Shown here one piece after another: positions 45,146 to 57,188 of a stretch of 64,000 bases of DNA (within the stretch, counting starts at the first letter, position 1; every line of letters starts with the position of its first letter). Origin of the DNA: Alphaproteobacteria bacterium (GTDB lineage Bacteria > Pseudomonadota > Alphaproteobacteria > MPNO01); contig OZ219866.1 in the NCBI GenBank assembly GCA_964291675.2, positions 3,360,001 through 3,424,000 on the forward strand, written 5' to 3'. The notes below the pieces were generated by a model, which did not search any database, had not been told where the DNA came from, and worked only from the letters and a program-made list of their open reading frames with translations. Both the position numbers and the translations under genes were made by a program.

Positions 45146-45555
45146 AGGACAGCTTGAAGCCGGGGCTCGGCGTCGCGCGCCGGTTCGATATCCCGCGCGA
45201 GAGCACCATCGACGTGCTCGGCGAGGACCGGCGGGTGTATGCCACGCCCGCCATGGTGCGCGACATCGAGATTGCCTGCCTGGAGATGATCGCCGAACAT
45301 CTCGATCCGGGCGAGGCGACGGTCGGCATGCGGGTCGCGGTCGACCATCTCGGCGCCTCGCTGGAGGGCTCCTGGGTCGAAATCGCCGCCAGCGTCGCCG
45401 AGATCGACGGCAGGCGGGTCACGCTCGACGTCGAGGTCCGCGACCCGGTCGAGGTGGTCGGCAGGGGAAGTCACGTCCGCTTCGTGGTCGACCTCGCGCG
45501 GCAGGCCGGGCGGGTCGACGCCAAGCGCGCGCAGCTCGCCGGCGAGACCGCATGA
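45142..45555 (+). CDS. Hot-dog thioesterase (FlK-like)
   Basis: VYATPAM...E, TVG..V.VDH. Confidence 0.85.
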   Translation: MKDSLKPGLGVARRFDIPRESTIDVLGEDRRVYATPAMVRDIEIACLEMIAEHLDPGEATVGMRVAVDHLGASLEGSWVEIAASVAEIDGRRVTLDVEVRDPVEVVGRGSHVRFVVDLARQAGRVDAKRAQLAGETA

Positions 45556-46271
45556 TCGACGCCAGGCGGCGGCTGATCGTCGCCCTCGACGTGCGCACCG
45601 TCGACGAGGCGCGGGCGCTGATCGAGACCCTCGGCGACGCGGCGGCCTATTACAAGATCGGCCCCTGGCTGCTCTATGCGCGGGGCGTCGAGGGGCTGAT
45701 CGATTCTGTGCTCAGGGCCGGCAAGGAGCTGTTCCTCGACTGCAAGATGTACGACATCGGCGAGACCGTGCGCGAAGGAGTCGCCAGCCTGGCGGCGCGC
45801 GGGGTGAGCCTGGTGACCGTCCACGGCAACCGCGACATCCTGCTCGCCGCCAACGAGGCCAAGCGGGGCTCGGCGCTCAAGGTGTTCGCGATCTCGGTGC
45901 TGACCAATCTCGACGATGACGACATGCGCGAGCTCGGCTATCTCCGCCCGGTCGAGGAGCTGGTCGAGATCCGCGTCAGGAAGGCGATGGAGTACGGCTG
46001 CGACGGGTTGATCGCCGCGCCGCGGGACGCGGCGAAAATCCGCGCCATCGCGCCGCGCGAAAGACTGTTGCTCGGAACCCCGGGGGTGCGCCCGGCCGGG
46101 CACGGCGCGGACGACCACAAGCGCGGCGGCACGCCGATCGAGGCGATCCGGGCGGGGGCCGACTACATCGTCATGGGCCGCCCCATCGTGCGCGCCGCCG
46201 ATCCCGCATCGGTCGCGCGCGCGGTCGCGGCCGAGATGCAGGCCGCCTTCGACGAGCGAAAGGAGGGGTAG
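45552..46271 (+). CDS. pyrF: Orotidine-5'-phosphate decarboxylase
   Basis: IVALD, FLDCKMYDIGET, TPGVRP, VMGRPI. Confidence 0.93.
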   Translation: MIDARRRLIVALDVRTVDEARALIETLGDAAAYYKIGPWLLYARGVEGLIDSVLRAGKELFLDCKMYDIGETVREGVASLAARGVSLVTVHGNRDILLAANEAKRGSALKVFAISVLTNLDDDDMRELGYLRPVEELVEIRVRKAMEYGCDGLIAAPRDAAKIRAIAPRERLLLGTPGVRPAGHGADDHKRGGTPIEAIRAGADYIVMGRPIVRAADPASVARAVAAEMQAAFDERKEG

Positions 46272-46272
46272 G

Positions 46273-46827
46273 GTGCCGTTCTTCAGATCGCTGCCGGACG
46301 ACGCCGGCCCGGGCAATGTGTTCGAGGCCTATCCGGACATCTACCTGCCCTGGGCGGATACCAGCCAGGCGCTGATGCGCGGCCCGTCGCCGCTCACCCC
46401 GGGCGAGCGCGAGACGATCGCCGCCTTCGTCGTCGGCATCGCGGATTGCCGCTACGCCTGGGTCGCCCACCGGGCGGCCGCGGTCGCCTGGGGGATGGAC
46501 GGCGAGGCGATCGACAGCGCGGTCGAGGATCTGGAGAGCGCGCCCGTCGAGGACCGCTTCAAGCCGCTGCTCGCCTATGCCCGCAAGCTCACTTTGGCGC
46601 CCACGGAGGTAGGCCAGGACGACGCCGACGCGGTGTTCGCGGCCGGCTGGGACGAGAAGGCGCTGCACGACGCGATCGCGGTGACCGCGCGGATGAACTT
46701 CATGTGCCGGCTGGTCCAGGGCTACGGCTTCACCCCGATGAGTGCCGAGAAGGCGCGCGAGAACGCCGAGAGCCGCAAGAAGCTCGGCTACCGCAACCTG
46801 TACCCCAAATTCGCCGGCGGGGACTGA
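46273..46827 (+). CDS. AhpD/CMD-like peroxidase-related protein
   Basis: GERE.IA..V....CRYA..AH, LLAYARKLT, FMCRLV. Confidence 0.8.
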   Translation: MPFFRSLPDDAGPGNVFEAYPDIYLPWADTSQALMRGPSPLTPGERETIAAFVVGIADCRYAWVAHRAAAVAWGMDGEAIDSAVEDLESAPVEDRFKPLLAYARKLTLAPTEVGQDDADAVFAAGWDEKALHDAIAVTARMNFMCRLVQGYGFTPMSAEKARENAESRKKLGYRNLYPKFAGGD

Positions 46828-46929
46828 TTCCGGGGTCTGCATATTGTTGGCCGCCGGGCTTTGGCATATGGTTTCGAAATACCGCCGGGCACATCGTCGC
46901 GGCCGTCGCGAAAGCACAGGGAGGACGCC

Positions 46930-47409
46930 ATGTCAGCCAGCAAACTGTCTACCGGCGCGGCCGGAATCTTGCTCGCCATCTCTTTGGGCTTCGCCGCCCC
47001 GGCGCCGGTGGCCGCCCAGGATGCCCAGCAGGTCGCCGAGAAGCGCAGCGCGGCCATGAAGGGCATGGGCGGGTCGATGCGGACGATCAAGGGATACACC
47101 GGCGGCCGCGGCTCCAAGGACGACGCCCTCAAGGCGGTCGCGGTGATCTCGGAGACCGCGCCCGGGATCCTGGCGCTGTTTCCCAAGGGAACCGGCATGG
47201 AAGCCCTGCCGAAATCCGAGGCCAAGCCGGTGATCTGGGAGAAGTGGGACGAGTTCGGCGCCGCCGCCAAGACGCTCGGCGAGAAGGCCGCCGTCCTCGC
47301 CGCCGCCATCGAGGGCGGCGACAAGGCCAAGATCGGCGCGGCGTTCGGCGAGCTCGGCCGGGTGGGCTGCGGCGGGTGCCACCGGGTGTTCCGCGAGAAG
47401 CGGAACTGA
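46930..47409 (+). CDS. Class II cytochrome c (c'/c556)
   Basis: Signal peptide, IWEKWDEF, C-terminal CGGCH. Confidence 0.9.
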   Translation: MSASKLSTGAAGILLAISLGFAAPAPVAAQDAQQVAEKRSAAMKGMGGSMRTIKGYTGGRGSKDDALKAVAVISETAPGILALFPKGTGMEALPKSEAKPVIWEKWDEFGAAAKTLGEKAAVLAAAIEGGDKAKIGAAFGELGRVGCGGCHRVFREKRN

Positions 47410-47423
47410 TCGCCCGCGTATCC

Positions 47424-48125
47424 TCAGAGCACCCTCCGGGCGAGCTCGATCCCGCCGACCACGACGACGATCGCAAGCCCGAGCACCAGCACCGCCCGCC
47501 CGTCGCCGGCGATGCGCGGCGCCTTGCGCCCGTCCGGCACCGGCCCGCGCCCCGTCACCATGGCGGCGGTGAGGTTCTCGCGCTTGTAGACCAGGTGGAA
47601 CAGGACCGCCGCGAGGTGCAATCCGACCAGGACCAGCAGGATGTCGACGACCAGCGCATGCAGTTCCGACGCCTCGCGCGCGAGGTCGTAGCTGACCAGG
47701 AACGATAGCGGGCCCTCGTTGAGCCCGTCGACGTCGGCGGCGAACAGGCCGAGACCGGTCTGCAGCAGGAGCAGACCCAGCATGGCGAGAACGGAAAACC
47801 CGCCGAGCGGGTTGTGGCCGCCATAGCGGTCCGGCACGCGGCGCGGCACCGTCCGAAGATAGGCAAGCACCGTCGCGGGCGACCGGAAGAGGGCGAGGAG
47901 CCGCGACGTCTCGCTGCCGACGAGTCCCCAGACGATCCGCGCGACCACCAGCACCAGCAGCGCCTGGCCGGCCGGGATGTGGATGTCGAAGCGGCCCTGG
48001 CTGCCGCTCACGTAGCAGACCACGAACAAAATCGCGAGCAGCCAGTGGAAGATCCGCGTCGGACGGTCCCAGATCGGGACCCTGCGCGAGGTTTCGCCTG
48101 CCGCGCCACGGTCCTCATCCGCCAC
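47424..48125 (-). CDS. Cytochrome b (Ni/Fe-hydrogenase b-type family)
   Basis: WD.PTRIFHW, GHNPLGG, LHLAAV, ENL..AMVTG; start uncertain. Confidence 0.87.
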   Translation of the reverse strand: MADEDRGAAGETSRRVPIWDRPTRIFHWLLAILFVVCYVSGSQGRFDIHIPAGQALLVLVVARIVWGLVGSETSRLLALFRSPATVLAYLRTVPRRVPDRYGGHNPLGGFSVLAMLGLLLLQTGLGLFAADVDGLNEGPLSFLVSYDLAREASELHALVVDILLVLVGLHLAAVLFHLVYKRENLTAAMVTGRGPVPDGRKAPRIAGDGRAVLVLGLAIVVVVGGIELARRVL

Positions 48126-48436
48126 CTGTCCCACCCTCCTTCGCGCCGCCCGGGACGCAAGCATCCCCCGCCCCAGGGCGGCCGGTCAAGGCGGGCGGCC
48201 GCCGCCCGTGGGTGCCCGGATCAAGTCCGGGCATGACGAGGGGTGTTGGCGCTTCCCCCACTACGTCATGGCCGGACTTGTTCCGGCCACCCATGCGGCC
48301 CTTCCGCCCGCAAGGTGGTGGGTCGGAAGGGTGCCCGGCGCCGTGCCAGATCCGGGTGCGACGAAGGCCGTGGCATTGGCGGGAGAACCGGTCTACGCTC
48401 GCCCCATCCTCCGTCCCCGAGGCACCGATTTTTCCA

Positions 48437-49183
48437 ATGGGTTCCCGCGTCCTCTTCCTGTTCCTCGCCGGTCTGGCTCTTGCCTTTCCGGCCGGCGCCG
48501 GCGCCCAGCCCGTCGAAGAGGCACGGGCGGCCCATGCGGAGGGGCGGTTCGCCGAGGCGGCGCGGATCGGCGCTTCCGTCGGCACCTCGGAAGGCTACGC
48601 GCTGGCTGCCCGGGCGCTCGCCTATCACGCCCATTTCCTGGCGCCTCACGACCGGAAGGAGGGCCTTCTGGACGAGGCCGCCGCGCTGGCGGAGAAGGCC
48701 GTCCGGGCCGATCCGGACAACCCGGAGGCGCATCTCCAGGTCGCCCACACCATCGGCCGGCTGTCGCAGGCCATCGGCTCGTTCGAAGCGGCCAACCGCG
48801 GCTATGCCGAGAAGATCCGCGAGGCGGCGGAGAACGCGCTCAAGCTGAATCCCGGGATGGCCGCCGCCCATCTCGCGATGGGCGCCTGGCACGCCGAGGT
48901 GGTCGCCGCGGTCGGGTCGTTCCTCGCCCGCATCACCTACGGCGCGCGCGAGAGGGATGCGATCGCCCATTTCGACAAGGCCGTGAAGGGTGCGCCGCAG
49001 GTGAAGGCGGTGTATCTGGAATATGCGCTCGGCTTGCTGGCGCTCGACGAGGACGAGTACCGCGACAGGGCGCGCGGCCTGCTCGCCCGTGCCATCGAGA
49101 TACCGGCGAAGGACGCCTATGACCGGATTCTTCATCGGAATGCGGTCGAGCGCCTCAAGGCGCTCGACGCGTCCGGCGGGTGA
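48437..49183 (+). CDS. Exported TPR-like helical protein
   Basis: Signal peptide; AEKAVRADPDNPEAH and ALKLNP..AAAH repeats. Confidence 0.75.
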   Translation: MGSRVLFLFLAGLALAFPAGAGAQPVEEARAAHAEGRFAEAARIGASVGTSEGYALAARALAYHAHFLAPHDRKEGLLDEAAALAEKAVRADPDNPEAHLQVAHTIGRLSQAIGSFEAANRGYAEKIREAAENALKLNPGMAAAHLAMGAWHAEVVAAVGSFLARITYGARERDAIAHFDKAVKGAPQVKAVYLEYALGLLALDEDEYRDRARGLLARAIEIPAKDAYDRILHRNAVERLKALDASGG

Positions 49184-49248
49184 GCGCCTTGCCGCGCCGC
49201 CGGGATTCGGCAATCGTAGGATGAATCAGCGACGATCGGGGGCCACCG

Positions 49249-50202
49249 ATGAACGAGAAAGAGATTTACCTCAACGGCGCGTTCGTGCCCGAGAGCGAGG
49301 CCAGGGTCTCGGTGCTGGACTGGGGATTTTCGGGCGGCGACGGGGTCTATGAGGTCGCCCGCACCTTCGCCGGAAAGCTGTTCCGGCTGGAGACCCATCT
49401 CGCGCGGCTGTTCCGCTCGCTCGCCTATACGCGGATCGATTGCGGGCTGAGCCGGGAGGAGATCGCGGCGATCGGCGAGGAGACCGTCGCGCGCAACCTG
49501 CCGCTGCTCGAGGACGGCAGCGACTACGCGCTGTGGATGGTGATCAGCCGCGGCGACCGCCGGCTCGGCGATGCGGCGCCGGCGACGGTGACGATGTACT
49601 GCCTGGAGGTCGCGTTCGCCGGCTTCGCGCACGCGTACCTCAACGGCCTCAAGCTGGTGACGCCGGGGGTGCGGCGCACCCCGCCGCAATGCGCCGACCC
49701 GAAGGCCAAGCTCACCAACCGGATGAACCAGCTCCAGGCCCGGTTCGAGGCGCAGCAATCCGATCCCGAGGCGCTGCCGCTGATGCTCGACATCGACGGC
49801 AACATCGCCGAATCGAACACCGCCAACTTCTTCTTCGTCTCCGGCGGCAGGCTGTGCACGCCGAAGGCGCGCAACGTGCTCGGCGGCATCACCCGCAAGA
49901 CGGTGATCCAGCTCGCCCACGAGCTCGGCATCGAGGTGGTCGAGGACGCGTTCGCGCCCTACGACGTCTACACCGCCGACGAGGCGTTCCTGTCGGGGAC
50001 CAGCGGCACCGTGCTGCCGGCCACGAGCCTGAACGGCTCTGCGATCGGCGACGGCACCCTGCCGGGCCCGGTCACGCTGCGGCTGATCCGCGCCTGGAAC
50101 GAGATGGTGGGGATGGATTTCGTCGCCCAGGCGCTCGGCCATCTCGGCGACAACGAGCGCGGGCCGGCGCTCGCCGAATGGGAACGGCGGCTCGCCGCAT
50201 AG
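49249..50202 (+). CDS. Class IV aminotransferase (BCAT/DAT-like)
   Basis: GDGVYE, HLARL, AK, E...ANFF, LGGITR, EAFLSGT. Confidence 0.92.
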   Translation: MNEKEIYLNGAFVPESEARVSVLDWGFSGGDGVYEVARTFAGKLFRLETHLARLFRSLAYTRIDCGLSREEIAAIGEETVARNLPLLEDGSDYALWMVISRGDRRLGDAAPATVTMYCLEVAFAGFAHAYLNGLKLVTPGVRRTPPQCADPKAKLTNRMNQLQARFEAQQSDPEALPLMLDIDGNIAESNTANFFFVSGGRLCTPKARNVLGGITRKTVIQLAHELGIEVVEDAFAPYDVYTADEAFLSGTSGTVLPATSLNGSAIGDGTLPGPVTLRLIRAWNEMVGMDFVAQALGHLGDNERGPALAEWERRLAA

Positions 50203-50213
50203 GGGAGGGGGCG

Positions 50214-50630
50214 ATGTCCGAAGCGTTCGACCTGGCCAAGGCGCTGAGCGCGCTCGCCATCCACGAATGCGACGAGGCGGCGTTCAAGCCGGTCGGGCTC
50301 TGGGACGCCTTCGACTACCGCGACCTCGGCATGGCGGAGGCGACCGGCGGCAAGGTGGGCGCCATCCATCTGCGCGCCAAGGGGCCGTGCCGGCGCGATC
50401 TCGGCTTTCACCGCCACGAGCTCGACTTCCAGATGGTCTATATCCTCAAGGGCTGGGTGACCTACCGATGGCAGGGGCATGCCGAGCCGATCACCGCGCA
50501 TGCAGGCGCCTCGGTCTACTCGCCGCCCGGCGAGGTCCACAACGTGGTCGACTACAGCGAGGACATGGAGGTGATCGAGGTCACCATGCCGGCGGACTAT
50601 CCGACCACAGACATCGAGGTGGCGGGCTGA
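50214..50630 (+). CDS. Cupin domain protein
   Basis: FHRHELDFQMVYILKGW, PPGEVHN. Confidence 0.85.
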   Translation: MSEAFDLAKALSALAIHECDEAAFKPVGLWDAFDYRDLGMAEATGGKVGAIHLRAKGPCRRDLGFHRHELDFQMVYILKGWVTYRWQGHAEPITAHAGASVYSPPGEVHNVVDYSEDMEVIEVTMPADYPTTDIEVAG

Positions 50631-51766
50631 CCGGGGTCACGCCCGTCCGCATCGGGATCGGCGCGCTCTGCGCCGCGCTGCTGCTCGGCGCGGCCCCCGC
50701 CGCAGCGGCGGACGCGCGCGACTACCGCTCGGAAAAGCACGATTTCCGCCTGGTGCCGGTCGGCGGACCGCTCGACCAGGCTTGGGGCATGGCGTTCCTG
50801 CCGGACGGCCGCATCCTGGTCACCGAGAAGGACGGGACTCTCCGCATTCTCGACCGCGGCGGGCGGCCCTCGGCGCCGCTGCGCGGGCTGCCCCGCATCG
50901 AGGCTTACGGCCAGGGCGGGCTGATGGACGTGGCGCTCGACCCCGATTTTGCGCGCAACCGGAGGCTCTATCTGAGCCTCGCCTGGGACGCCAAAGGCGG
51001 CAAGACCACCGCGGTCGCCACCGCGCGGCTGACCAGCGGCCGGCTGGGCGGGTTCAGGCTGATCTTCGCCGCAAGGCCGGGCAGCGGCTCGGGGCGGCAT
51101 TTCGGATCGCGGCTGCGCTTCGGCCCCGACGGCAAGCTTTTCGTCACCGTCGGCGACCGCGGCCACCGGCCGAACGCCCAGGATCTCGGCACCCATGCCG
51201 GCGCGATCCTCAGACTCAACCGCGACGGCAGCGCACCCGCCGACAACCCCTTCGCCGGCCGGGCAGGGGCGCTGGCCGAGATCTGGTCCTACGGGCACCG
51301 CAACCCGCAGGGCCTCGCCTTCGACCCGGCGACCGGCCTGCTGTGGTCGCAGGAGCACGGGCCCAGGGGCGGCGACGAGGTCAACCTGGTCGAGCGCGGG
51401 CGGAACTATGGCTGGCCGGCGATCACCCACGGGCGCAACTATATCGGCACCAAGATCACCGACGAGACCGCGCGGCCCGGCATGGAGCAGCCGAAGACCT
51501 GGTGGGTGCCGTCGATCGCGCCCTCCGGGCTCACCGTCTATCGCGGCGACGCGTTTCCCCGCTGGAGGGGCAACCTGTTCGTCGGCGCGCTGCGGGCGCA
51601 GCTCCTCGTCCGGCTCGAGCTCGACGGCGACAAGGTGGTCCACGAGGAACGCCTGCTGGAGGATTTCGGCAACCGCATCCGCGACGTGCGCAGCGGGCCG
51701 GACGGGTCGATCTACCTGCTGCTCGACGAGAACGACGCCGCCGTCTGGCGGCTGGAGCCGCGCTAG
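50627..51766 (+). CDS. PQQ-dependent sugar dehydrogenase (GSDH family), probable CTG start
   Basis: Signal peptide, GQGGLMD, HFGSR, GHRNPQG, HGPRGGDE, NYGWP, RIRDV. Confidence 0.9.
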   Translation: MTGVTPVRIGIGALCAALLLGAAPAAAADARDYRSEKHDFRLVPVGGPLDQAWGMAFLPDGRILVTEKDGTLRILDRGGRPSAPLRGLPRIEAYGQGGLMDVALDPDFARNRRLYLSLAWDAKGGKTTAVATARLTSGRLGGFRLIFAARPGSGSGRHFGSRLRFGPDGKLFVTVGDRGHRPNAQDLGTHAGAILRLNRDGSAPADNPFAGRAGALAEIWSYGHRNPQGLAFDPATGLLWSQEHGPRGGDEVNLVERGRNYGWPAITHGRNYIGTKITDETARPGMEQPKTWWVPSIAPSGLTVYRGDAFPRWRGNLFVGALRAQLLVRLELDGDKVVHEERLLEDFGNRIRDVRSGPDGSIYLLLDENDAAVWRLEPR

Positions 51767-51847
51767 CGGGAGGGGCGGGGACCGCTTGCCCGGCGCGGGC
51801 TTTGCGGCCATCTTGCGAACTCGCCGCGGCGGCTGGAGGGAACGGTC

Positions 51848-52681
51848 ATGGGACACAACACGATCCGGGTGATGCCGGTGACGCCCAATATCGGCGGGCT
51901 GGTCGAGGGGATCGACCTGACGCGGCCGCTCGACGCGCCGGTGGTGGAAGACCTGCACGAGGCGCTGATGGAGCACCAGGTCCTGTTCTTCCGCGAACAG
52001 GAGCTGACCCACGAGACCCAGAAGGCGCTCGGCGAGCATTTCGGCAAGCTGCACATCAGCGTCGGCGGCGACGGCACCAACTCCAAGCAGCTGCAGGCCT
52101 ACCCCGAGGTGCGGGCGCTCCATTTCGACGGGAGCTCGAAATCGGTGTCCGGCAACGAGACCTGGCACACCGACCAGTCGTGCATGGAAACCCCGCCGAT
52201 GGGCTCGATCCTCTATATCCACACCGTGCCCCCGGCGGGCGGCGGCGACACCATGTTCGCCAGCATGTACGCCGCCTACGAGGCGCTGTCCCCGGCCATG
52301 AAGCGCTATCTCCAAGGCATGACGGCGGTGCATGACGGCTCCGGCGCGTTCTCCAACACCGCGACCAACGACCTGCCGGTCACCGAGCAGCCGATGATCG
52401 CTAGGCACCCGGTGACCGGGCGCAGGCTGCTCTATGTCAATCCCGGATTCACGTCGCATGTCTGCGGCGTCTCGAAGGCGGAGAGCGATGCCATCCTCGG
52501 CTTCCTCTACCGCCACTGCGAGCACCCCAACTTCCACGTGCGGTTCCGCTGGGAGCCGCATTCGGTGGCGTTCTGGGACAATCGCTGCACCCACCACTTC
52601 GCGATCTGGGACTACCACCCGCATACGCGGTCTGGCTACCGCATCCAGATCAAGGGCGAGCACCGGGTGATTCCCGGCTAG
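51848..52681 (+). CDS. TauD/TfdA family dioxygenase
   Basis: HQVLFFREQ, WHTD, GGDT.F, WDNRCTHH. Confidence 0.92.
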   Translation: MGHNTIRVMPVTPNIGGLVEGIDLTRPLDAPVVEDLHEALMEHQVLFFREQELTHETQKALGEHFGKLHISVGGDGTNSKQLQAYPEVRALHFDGSSKSVSGNETWHTDQSCMETPPMGSILYIHTVPPAGGGDTMFASMYAAYEALSPAMKRYLQGMTAVHDGSGAFSNTATNDLPVTEQPMIARHPVTGRRLLYVNPGFTSHVCGVSKAESDAILGFLYRHCEHPNFHVRFRWEPHSVAFWDNRCTHHFAIWDYHPHTRSGYRIQIKGEHRVIPG

Positions 52682-52931
52682 CCCGCAATTCTCGCCCCTG
52701 TCAAGGCCTGCGTCGCGCCCGGGCGTTCGTCCCGCCAGGAGCGGGCCGAAGAGCGTAGCAGGAACTACGGTCGAGGCCCGCGACGCCGCGGGCGGGCGCC
52801 CGGGCGCGACCCTTCGGGCGGCGCTCTCCGGCCGACAGGGTGCGTCGAGGCGCTTGCCCGATGTGCCGCATCGCGCCGCGCGCCTCTCCTGCCCTGTCGG
52901 CCGGACAGCGCCGCGCAGGCCATGACAGGGG

Positions 52932-54914
<1,983 letters not shown>

Positions 54915-54937
54915 CGAGAATTGCGGGCTAAGGATGC

Positions 54938-55675
54938 TCACCAGGTGAGCTGGCCGCCGTTCGGGTGGATTATCTGGCCGGTGATGTAGGACGACCGCTC
55001 GCTCAGCAGGAAATCGACCACCGCGGCCACCTCTTCCGGGCGGCCGAGCCGGCCGACCGGCAAGTTGCCCGCGAGCCTCTTACGCACTTCCTCGTATTCC
55101 GCCTCGCTCCGGCCGGAGCGCAGGATCGGCGTGTCGATCGGCCCCGGGCCGAGCGCGTTGATGCGGATCCCCTCGGGCGCGAATTCCTGGGCGATCGACT
55201 TGGTGAGCGAGTGGATCGCCGCCTTGGCCGCGCAATAGGCCGCACCCCCCGGCACCGCCATCACCGCGTAGTCCGACGACATGGTGACGATGGCCCCGCC
55301 GGTGCCCTGTTCCCGCATGCGCCGCAGCGTCGCCTGGCAGCACAGGAACGTGCCCTTGACGTGGACGTCGACCATCCGGTCCCAGTCCCGCTCGGCGACG
55401 CTCTCGGCGGTGCCCCGGATATGGATGCCGGCGGCGAAGAAGCCGGCCTCGATCGGGCCGTCGACCGCCGCCACCATGGCCTCGACCGAGGCGCGGTCCG
55501 CCACGTCGACCGCGACCGCCCGCGCGTCGCCGCCCGCTTCGCGGATCGTGTCCACCGTCTGCGCCAGACCCGCCTCGTCGATGTCCGCGGCGTGGACCGT
55601 CATGCGCCCGGCGAGGCGAATCGCCGCCGCCCGGGCGATGCCGCTCGCCGCACCGGTGACCAGCACGTTGCCCAT
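54938..55675 (-). CDS. SDR oxidoreductase
   Basis: TGAASGIA, YCAAK. Confidence 0.9.
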   Translation of the reverse strand: MGNVLVTGAASGIARAAAIRLAGRMTVHAADIDEAGLAQTVDTIREAGGDARAVAVDVADRASVEAMVAAVDGPIEAGFFAAGIHIRGTAESVAERDWDRMVDVHVKGTFLCCQATLRRMREQGTGGAIVTMSSDYAVMAVPGGAAYCAAKAAIHSLTKSIAQEFAPEGIRINALGPGPIDTPILRSGRSEAEYEEVRKRLAGNLPVGRLGRPEEVAAVVDFLLSERSSYITGQIIHPNGGQLTW

Positions 55676-56410
55676 CTAGATCATCAGCCTTCCGCCGTTG
55701 ATGCGGATGTCCTGGCCGGTGACGAAGCTCGCATCGTCCTCCATCAGGAACAGCGCGGCCTCGGCCATGTCCTCCGGCGCGCCGATGCGGCCCATCGGGT
55801 TGGCCGCCGCCGCGGCGTCGAGATCGGCCTGGCTGCGATGGCCGCGCGGCTGCGGCGTGTCGGTGATTCCGGGCGAGATCGCGTTGACCCGGATGCCGTC
55901 ACGCGCGGTCTCCAGCGCCATCGCCCGGGCGAGCCCCAGCACCCCGCCCTTGGTTGCCGCGTAATGCGCCCCGCCGGCGGCGCCGTTGCGCGCGATCGAG
56001 GACGAGAACATGACGATGGCGCCCTTGCCGCGGCGGCGCATCCCGGGCAGCACCGCCTGGCTGGCGAGCAGCGTGCCCTTGAGGTTGATGTCGAGATGCC
56101 GGTCCCACGCCGCGTCGTCGAGCTCGAGGAAGGGGACCGGCTTGTAGACCGCGGCGCAGGCGGCGAGGCCCACGATGGTCCCGCCGGCCTCCGCGATGCC
56201 GGCGACCGCGGCTTCCATCGCCGCCTTGTCGCGCACGTCGAGAAGGTGGAACGACAGGCCGGGCCGGTTCACCCCGGCGAGCGCGCCCTCGGCCACGTCC
56301 CAGGCCGAGACCGCGTAGCCCGCCGCCAGCGCGCGGCGGACGATCGCGTTGCCGATGCCGCTGCCGCCGCCGGTGACCACGATGGTCGGTTTTTCGGGCT
56401 CCGCCGTCAC
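55676..56410 (-). CDS. SDR oxidoreductase
   Basis: TGGGSGIG, YAATK. Confidence 0.9.
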   Translation of the reverse strand: MTAEPEKPTIVVTGGGSGIGNAIVRRALAAGYAVSAWDVAEGALAGVNRPGLSFHLLDVRDKAAMEAAVAGIAEAGGTIVGLAACAAVYKPVPFLELDDAAWDRHLDINLKGTLLASQAVLPGMRRRGKGAIVMFSSSIARNGAAGGAHYAATKGGVLGLARAMALETARDGIRVNAISPGITDTPQPRGHRSQADLDAAAAANPMGRIGAPEDMAEAALFLMEDDASFVTGQDIRINGGRLMI

Positions 56411-56529
56411 CGATAACGCCCTCCCTCGCCGCCGCACCCTACGCGAGGGGCGGCGGACCGGGCAAGCGGCCGGCGGTCGGCATCGACCCTGGTGCGACGG
56501 AGTAGTACCCTGCCGTCGGAGTGACCCGG

Positions 56530-56805
56530 ATGACCGTAAAGTCCTCGATCTCTCTCACCGACGAACAGCACGCCTTCGCCAAGGCGCAGGTGGAAGCCGG
56601 GCGCTACCCGAGCCTCAGCGCCGTCCTGCAGCAGGGCGTCGAGTTGCTGCGCCGGCGAACGGATGCGGAGGCGCTGGAGACCGCGGCGCTGCGCGCGCTC
56701 CTGTCGCGGCGCCGCGAGGGCGAATTCGTCGAAGCGGAGCGGATGGACGAGCGCCTGTCGCGGATGATCGCCGGCAAGCGCCGCGCGCATGACGTTCCGT
56801 CTTGA
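56530..56805 (+). CDS. ParD-like ribbon-helix-helix antitoxin
   Basis: SISLTDEQ..F....VEAGRYPSLSAV; overlaps the toxin gene. Confidence 0.85.
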   Translation: MTVKSSISLTDEQHAFAKAQVEAGRYPSLSAVLQQGVELLRRRTDAEALETAALRALLSRRREGEFVEAERMDERLSRMIAGKRRAHDVPS

Positions 56806-57136
56806 GTTCTCGGCCGAGGCGGAACGCGATTTCGGACTGATTTTCGATCATCTGACGGGCAGCTACCTCGCTTTCGGCGAGAGCCCGAAGGACGCGCTCG
56901 ACCATGCCGCGGCGCGGGTCCTCGAAATTCGGGCGGCCGCGCAGCGCATCCTGGCGGCACCCCATCGCGGGGAACGCCACGACGACATCCTGCCCGGATT
57001 GCGGCATCTGGCCGTGGGACGCGCGATCTACCGGTTCGACGTCGACGATGGCCGCCGGACGGTGCGCGTCCTGGCGGTGTTCTTCGGCGGGCAGGACCAT
57101 GTCCGCCGCATGACGATCCGGCTGCTCGATGAGTGA
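56789..57136 (+). CDS. RelE/ParE family toxin
   Basis: FSAEAERD, P.RG..HDD..PGLR, VRVLAVFFGGQD. Confidence 0.85.
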   Translation: MTFRLEFSAEAERDFGLIFDHLTGSYLAFGESPKDALDHAAARVLEIRAAAQRILAAPHRGERHDDILPGLRHLAVGRAIYRFDVDDGRRTVRVLAVFFGGQDHVRRMTIRLLDE

Positions 57137-57188
57137 CGACCGCCGTTGTATGGTCGGCGGCGTTCGCGAAACCGACGGAGACCGCAAG

